A stretch of 64,000 bases of DNA from Naegleria gruberi (Eukaryota): the NCBI GenBank assembly GCA_000004985.1, contig GG738892.1. One strand, written 5' to 3'. Below are positions 58,520 to 64,000 of this stretch, piece by piece. The notes under the pieces were generated by a model. It ran no database searches, was not told the origin of the DNA, and was given only the letters and a program-made list of their open reading frames with translations. The stretch's first letter is position 1, and each line of letters begins with the position of its first letter. The position numbers and the translations under genes were made by a program.

Positions 58520-61149
58520 TTATTGGTGCAAGACTCTTGGCTTGAATCGAACCATGAGTGGAGTTGATGGTTCAACAGCTATGGCATGTCTTTCAATGAT
58601 TGGTGTTCGTTGCATTTCATCGGATAGGCTCATTTCATAATTCCATACCAAGTTGGCAGCATAATCAATCATTTGAGATTCAGCGAGTTTGTATCCAATC
58701 TATAATATCATTGTAAATTAAACTTCAAGTTTCAATAACTTACACATCTACGACCACCAATAAAGAATGGTACAAATTCAAATCTATTATTCAAAGAATT
58801 ATCCTCTTTGATTCTCTTGTTGTACTCGGTAAATCTGTCAGGACGAAATTCATCAGCATCTTCTCCCCAAATCTTCTTGTCATAATTATTCAAACCGTGG
58901 AATGTTAAAACTTGAAGGTTCTTTGGAAGGAGAATACCATCTTCCAAAACTATATCTTTTACAGTTTTTCTCAAATTTGCTGGGACTGGATTTTCCTTGG
59001 AGAGCAATAGTAACGTAGAAGATGCAGAATAGGCACGGTCTTTTTGTGTTATTTTTAACGTTCCTTGGCCGTACCTTGACCGCACCTCTTTTGTGTGTCT
59101 ATTTTTATTTCTTTTTGTGTTTCTTCCATCTCAACCTAGAAACGAGAAAAGACACAAAAAAAGGAACGGAANNNNNNNNNNNNNNNNNNNNNNNNNNNNN
59201 NNNNNNNNNNNNNNNNNNNNNTANAGCAATTGCTCCAAATCAATACTTAATGTTTAAACAAGAAGGAAAATTATACATTGGATGTATTCAATCACATACA
59301 AAAGATACAGTTAAATTTGGAAAGGTGTGGATTGTTACAAATGATTATCACCAAGTATGTCAATTCAGAAAATTAAATAGAGTGAAATCTTCCAATTTAA
59401 ATGTTGATTGGAAAGATATCAATGCTAGATGCCAAGTAGTTTACATTGATTCCAAGTTTTACTTGAATCAATTTATGTTAATCATGAATTATTATAAATT
59501 TTAAAAATTTTGAAATTCTTTTACAATAAAAAAAATTAAAATAGAAATAATAATTTATTTATTCGCTAGTTGTTCAACCCTTTCAGGTAAAAAATTAAGT
59601 TTACGTAGTAAAGGACTCATTCTATAATAGTACGATTAATTTAAAATTCATATTGGTTATTTATTGTTAAATAAGTGTTATTTGTACTTTTATAGAAAAT
59701 TAGCAAGGATTTCAACGGTGGAAATGACTTATAAAAATTTTAAAAGTGTCCATGCCTTGTTTGCAAACCTATTCCCGTGCCTATTTTCTGCCGTACCTGG
59801 GTCGTTTCTTAAAAATAAGTCACCAAACCTTCCCTGTTCCTTGCCAATTCTATTTTTATTACACACCGTACCTTTTCCATGCCTCGCCATTCCTGTTGCG
59901 CTCCAAGGCTTGCAAACGTAAAGTTTCATTCATGGCCATTTTCAAATATTCAAAATTATTATCAATATCTTTCAAAGTCAAATTGAGAGAGGATGAAGAG
60001 TCACGTGTTTCGAAGGAGGATGAGTTGACAAAGTCTTGAATTTCTTCAAAGACCTTTTGTTGGTATTGAGGATGTTTTGCCAAGAAGAAAATAAGCCAAC
60101 TTGAACTTATGCCTGTTGTTCGTGAACCAGCCAATAGAACAATATGAGTATTAGATACAACTTCATCCAAGCTCAATTTACCATACTCTGGAGATTCATA
60201 CTTTAAAAGTTGAGTAATGAAATTATCTCTATCCACATCAATTGAGGCCTGACCAGTATTTTCAATATTCTCTACCAATCTTTCCTTTTCTCTCAACACT
60301 AAATTCTTAATGTACTCTGGCCATGTACGGAATAATTCAGAAGAATCTGTGACATCCTTCCACAACCAAGCTGGAATTATTCTTCCCAAGGTGATAATCA
60401 CCGTTTTTGGAATCATCAAGACCATTTGAGCGGCCAGAAAGTTCCTTCTGGATAGCTCTGGTAATTCTTCCTTGTCATCCAACACAATTCGAATCCAATC
60501 CAAATGCTATTCTTCCAATCACATCTAGTGTTGCATTATTGAGTAATCTAAATACGTTGATTTCATTCTTTTGATTGTTTTCAACGTAGGTCAGTACATT
60601 CTTTACAATATCATTAATTGGAGTCATGTAGTTTGCAAGTTTGGAATCTGTAAAGCTAACTGAAGATATGGATCTGTATCTCTTCCAAGATTCTCCTCCT
60701 CTCGATGCAAAAACATTGTTGGTTGGTCCACAAGGTTGAATTTCCAAAAACTTTTCCTCATCCTTTTCAAAATATTTTGTTTTAGTGATGGCAATTTCCT
60801 TGTAATGATCCAATTTGCATGTGTGAAAGATTGTCTTGTCTCCTACTGTAATTCTCCAGTAGGGACCAAATTCATTATAGTTGTGATATTGCTTTTTATC
60901 ATTCCAGAAAAAGTCATTCTTGTGAAAGAGGATAAACAATAGTTTGAAGGGATAGTTTCGTCCAGGTATGTGAGATACTCTTTGGACCTCCTTTCTATGT
61001 TTGTACAAGGTAACAAGAATGTACGTAACCATCAATGCTAGAAATGAAGAGAGGATCATGACCCCTGTACCACTCATCATGTTTATGCCAGGTAACGTTA
61101 CTGAACGAAAAACAAACTGAACTAGTGTTTCAATATTGCCCGTAACCAT
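58520..61149 (-). CDS. Cytochrome P450, fragmented: N-terminal part 60475..61149, middle part 59859..60503 (frame offset by one), heme exon about 58744..59085, 44-nt intron 58700..58743, last exon 58520..58699. It is interrupted by an N gap and is possibly a pseudogene or misassembly.
   Basis: Membrane anchor plus Pro-rich hinge (HIPGRNYPF). I-helix AGSRTTG. ExxR ETLRL. PERF-like FRPDRF. The heme loop FIGGRRC|IGYKLA is restored by splicing at GTAAGT...TTATAG. Confidence 0.6.
59171..59224. other. Assembly gap (51 N plus an isolated N)
   Basis: A run of n characters in the sequence. Confidence 0.99.
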
Positions 61150-61626
61150 GTTGTGTTAATTTTTTTCGTTTCTAGTTCTTTTGATTGTTCTTGTGATGTT
61201 CTTGTGATTAGATCACAATTCAAGATCTATTAAATCCGTAATTAAAAAACTAAAAGATGTTGCATCAATTATGTTCATGCTCGCTTCCACAACAGGTCTT
61301 GCGAGCATTGACCTACATGATTAAATTGCCTAGTCTCCTACTTCATTAGAACAAATGGGCCGTAACATAATGACCAACTTGACCGTTAAAGTATTTCCAA
61401 CCTTATCTTTTCCGATTCACTTCTTACTCTTCGTTGCAAAATTCGTTCCCAACACGACAAGCAATTTGGGTTTTGAATTTTTTTAAAAAATTAAAATATA
61501 TTTTGGCGCAATTTTTGCCAGCCTTCTTGTAATTCAAATATTCAAATGTTGGATGATGATAATTAGTTTATTAGCAAAAGTTTACATTTAAGTTTAGGTT
61601 ACGTTTTCAACAAGTTATTTGAAAAA

Positions 61627-62123
61627 ATGCCACCACGTAAAGCACCATCAACAAAGGCTCCACCACAAATTCACCTCTCGGAAGAAAAGAAGGTTCAATT
61701 AGAGAATGAATTAAATTGGTGTATTCAACAATTGGAATTAGGACTCTCTAGAAAGGATGCTGATGCATATCAAATTAAAGAAACCAAGAGAGTTCTTACC
61801 ACATTGCAATCAAATTCCGTTGCCGATGTTCAAAAGAGACAATTAATGAAAGTCATCTTTGGTGATTATAGGTAAGAGGTTCATAATATATTGTTAGTAA
61901 ATAATGAGGACATTGATTCGGAATCATGATGATGATGATGATGAACCTTATCTAATTTATATATTTTGGATATTAATTTAGAAAATTGATGAAAGACGAT
62001 AAAAAGCAACGAGAAGAGGAAGAGAATAAAAAGAAGGCAAAGGAAGAAAAAGCCCAAACAGAAAGCACGACATTGGAAGCAACTTCAGAAACTGTACAGT
62101 TAGAGGACAGTACAACAAATTAA
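61627..62123 (+). CDS. Small conserved Lys/Glu-rich protein. Exon 1 61627..61871, 110-nt intron 61872..61981 (GTAAGA...AATTTAG), exon 2 61982..62123.
   Basis: MPPRKAPSTKAPP...NWCIQQLELGLSRKD... continues in frame after splicing into KLMKDDKKQREEEENKKKAKEEK... Confidence 0.5.
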
Positions 62124-62540
62124 TTCATATCAATTTGCTCGCCATTAAGATCCACATCATATAAATTGTTTTTTGATTTTTTGAATGAGATTTTTGCACA
62201 TTTATTAAGGCTGATGATACCCCTCTCATCAGCACAAACACAATTGACTGCCTTATTTGTGGTGAGGAGGCCATGCGCTCAATACATTTTTTGCTAATTC
62301 TCCACAACGGGTAAAGCAAGTGCTGAATCTTTTCAGATTCTTTTCACAGGACCGAATATTCAACAGAATAATATTAATAAGGCTTCCTGCAATTTAAATT
62401 GAGGCAAAAGCAGTGCTAGCTTTCTCATTACACTACTCAAAAAACTACCTCAATATCCCAAACTCACACTCTTTTGTTGAGAATCATATAAAACGACAAG
62501 AATATATTTTCTCCCTGTTGTGAAATTTCAATAAGAAACA

Positions 62541-63209
62541 ATGCTCAATATCATTCATTCACAAGGAATAAGAGTATCATCATCATCATCATTACCCTCA
62601 CTCGTCCGTTCAAATTCCACTTTATTCTCAATGCTTAACTCATTCAATCAGGTAACATCTGCCTCAGTATCCATCAAGGAAACATCAAAATCAGAAGAAA
62701 CAACCCACACCAATTGGTATCATTTATGGGCCTTTTTGGCAATCTTGTTAGATTATGTTTCTGTAATTTTTAATGTCTTTCCAGTCTCTACGACGATTGA
62801 GAATACTCCATCAACATCCAGTATGATGACTAATGAAGAATTAGAATATGAACTTGGTAATCAATGCACTATAAGCAATTCCATAATGCCAAGGTCATTA
62901 TCCCCACGCCCAGATCTTCCAAAGAATAGTCTTGAGGTGTTTACCTCAGAGTTTTATTTTTCACTGTTTGCAAGTGGTGGAATTGAATCGAATGAAAACC
63001 TTGAGAGAATGGTAAATTCATTTGGTAATTTGGTGCCAAGACATGATAGCATCTATTCTCAATCTGAGTCCAGTGAAGATGATTCATCAAGTACCTCTTC
63101 AATAAGAACAAAACACAATAACGAACATTCTGAGAAAAGTTACCAACAACATGCAGAAGTAGATGCTTTAAAAAGTACCTTGAACTTGTTCAAGTTTCCT
63201 AAAAGGTAA
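62541..63209 (+). CDS. Hypothetical Ser-rich protein (222 aa)
   Basis: An ORF with an ATG start and low-complexity Ser runs. I recognise no domain. Confidence 0.3.
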   Translation: MLNIIHSQGIRVSSSSSLPSLVRSNSTLFSMLNSFNQVTSASVSIKETSKSEETTHTNWYHLWAFLAILLDYVSVIFNVFPVSTTIENTPSTSSMMTNEELEYELGNQCTISNSIMPRSLSPRPDLPKNSLEVFTSEFYFSLFASGGIESNENLERMVNSFGNLVPRHDSIYSQSESSEDDSSSTSSIRTKHNNEHSEKSYQQHAEVDALKSTLNLFKFPKR

Positions 63210-63383
63210 AATATAGTTGTGATGAGACTGGCAAATTGAATGAAATCCCATAATGGGTAATAATTGATGTTTTGAAGGACATTAGAGAATCGAAACTGAG
63301 ATCTCTATTGAGATACAAATGAGATTTATTTAACTTTCCAAATAAATTTAAAGTATAACAATTCAATGCACATCAACAAGTCC

Positions 63384-64000
63384 TTAATGATTGTTTGGAA
63401 GAATGAATCCTAAAAGGAAGCATGCTCGAACAATGAAAATTCTCCTCTCCAATGTAAAATAGTGAGCATTGTGTGCCTCAGCATCAATAATGCCCAATGT
63501 TGTCCCATTTTGGATGTCCAGAATTGGTGCACAACATTCTGATTGTACTTTTACATCACAGCTATAATAAGGTTGACCAGAATCAGAAGCACTATTCACA
63601 TCATCCAAAGTAACAACCACTCTATTCAGTGCTACAAATGAATTGGTTGAACTCTTTGCATGTTCCTCATCAATTGGAAAATCAGCTCTCGAATACTTTC
63701 CATAATAACTCATCTTATAGAGACACCCTTCAAAATTTCTATAAATTCCCATCCAATCACAACCAACTTGCTGTTGAATTGCATTCACCAACTTGTACAA
63801 CAGGTGGACATATCTTGCCAACTCTCTCTTTTCACAATTTTCCATAAATTTAACAAAAACCTGTTCGAACAAATCGAATGGTTTCTCATCCATCACTCTG
63901 CTACACATAAATCCACCTCCTTGAACTTTCTTTGGTACCGAATATTGGAAAAGTTTGGTTTCTTCTACAGAGGAAGAAATAATTTCCTTCTCAAACTCTT
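63384..64000 (-). CDS. Free methionine-(R)-sulfoxide reductase-like GAF-domain protein (fRMsr). The 5' end may lie beyond the window edge.
   Basis: GCDWMGIY (the NWxGFY equivalent), paired Cys SECCAPI, and LGIIDAEA (the LDIDS equivalent). The reading frame stays open upstream of the M at 63908 as far as the window end. Confidence 0.65.
   Translation of the reverse strand, partial: EFEKEIISSSVEETKLFQYSVPKKVQGGGFMCSRVMDEKPFDLFEQVFVKFMENCEKRELARYVHLLYKLVNAIQQQVGCDWMGIYRNFEGCLYKMSYYGKYSRADFPIDEEHAKSSTNSFVALNRVVVTLDDVNSASDSGQPYYSCDVKVQSECCAPILDIQNGTTLGIIDAEAHNAHYFTLERRIFIVRACFLLGFILPNNH

Noticed and set aside
59229-59504. Annotating the post-gap plus-strand ORF as a gene
   Set aside because: Its 5' end lies in the assembly gap. 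I recognise no domain, and it sits inside the disrupted P450 locus. It is kept only as part of the P450 misassembly or insertion finding.
61270-61290. U6 snRNA-like string (GCTCGCTTCC)
   Set aside because: Only an approximately 10-nt resemblance. It lacks the U6 ACAGAGA and AGC boxes and the 5' stem-loop context. It is better described as a local hairpin.
1-64000. Possibility of a non-standard (ciliate or diplomonad-type, TAA/TAG=Gln) genetic code, suggested by AT-richness, Q/N-rich proteins and divergent ubiquitin
   Set aside because: Conserved genes terminate exactly where homology ends at TAA/TAG (ubiquitin GG-TAA, COPB1, VPS41, TBC, GST). TAA/TAG occur freely in the other frames, and long ORFs are uninterrupted under the standard code.
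1-64000. Prokaryotic, giant-virus or defence-island interpretation (operons, CRISPR, restriction-modification, toxin-antitoxin)
   Set aside because: Spliceosomal introns (GTAAGT...YAG) restore conserved eukaryotic proteins, and the window carries Pol III 5S and tRNA genes, coatomer/HOPS/F-box/RGS genes. There are no repeat-spacer arrays and no Shine-Dalgarno-coupled ORFs. The single ATGA overlap at 30043 is better explained by a frameshift.

Overview
This is a gene-dense, AT-rich (about two-thirds A+T) window of nuclear eukaryotic DNA. About 30 protein-coding genes lie on both strands, with short intergenic spacers and only 0-1 spliceosomal intron per gene. The introns I could place are mostly 41-50 nt (one 110 nt, one 162 nt), with GTAAGT/GTATGT/GTAAGA donors and YAG acceptors.

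The genetic code is standard: ubiquitin ends GG-TAA, and coatomer-beta, VPS41 and other conserved genes stop at TAA/TAG/TGA where homology ends. Codon usage is yeast-like (AGA, TTG, CCA, GGT, CAA). Some proteins carry N/Q-, S- and D/E-rich low-complexity runs.

Genes I recognise with reasonable confidence:
- Coatomer beta (COPB1) and VPS41, each with a verified intron.
- A TBC-domain Rab-GAP, a Ras-like GTPase with a CAAX end, and a CWF19L2-like splicing factor.
- A sigma-class GST, a GRE2-like NAD(P)-dependent reductase, and a free-Met-R-sulfoxide reductase (fRMsr)-like GAF-domain protein.
- A 7TM-RGS hybrid receptor, a cytochrome P450 broken by an assembly gap, a GT1/UGT-like glycosyltransferase, and a C2-domain protein.
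- Two divergently transcribed F-box genes, one carrying a BRCT domain.
- A strikingly divergent tandem di-ubiquitin.
- A roughly 4650-aa protein with two dynein/midasin-class AAA+ modules.

RNA genes are two near-identical 120-nt 5S rRNA genes, each followed by a T-run and flanking the di-ubiquitin gene, plus tRNA-Gly(GCC) and tRNA-Lys(CUU).

I found no transposons and no prokaryotic features. The organism cannot be named from sequence alone. The short-intron architecture, E2F-like GC motifs in promoters, 7TM-RGS receptor and divergent ubiquitin suggest a fast-evolving protist or early-diverging fungus-like eukaryote rather than a Dikarya yeast, but I hold this with low confidence.

Several genes show apparent frameshifts next to a 51-N gap, so assembly quality may be uneven. 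All coordinates were counted by hand from the printed sequence; splice junctions could be off by a nucleotide or two.
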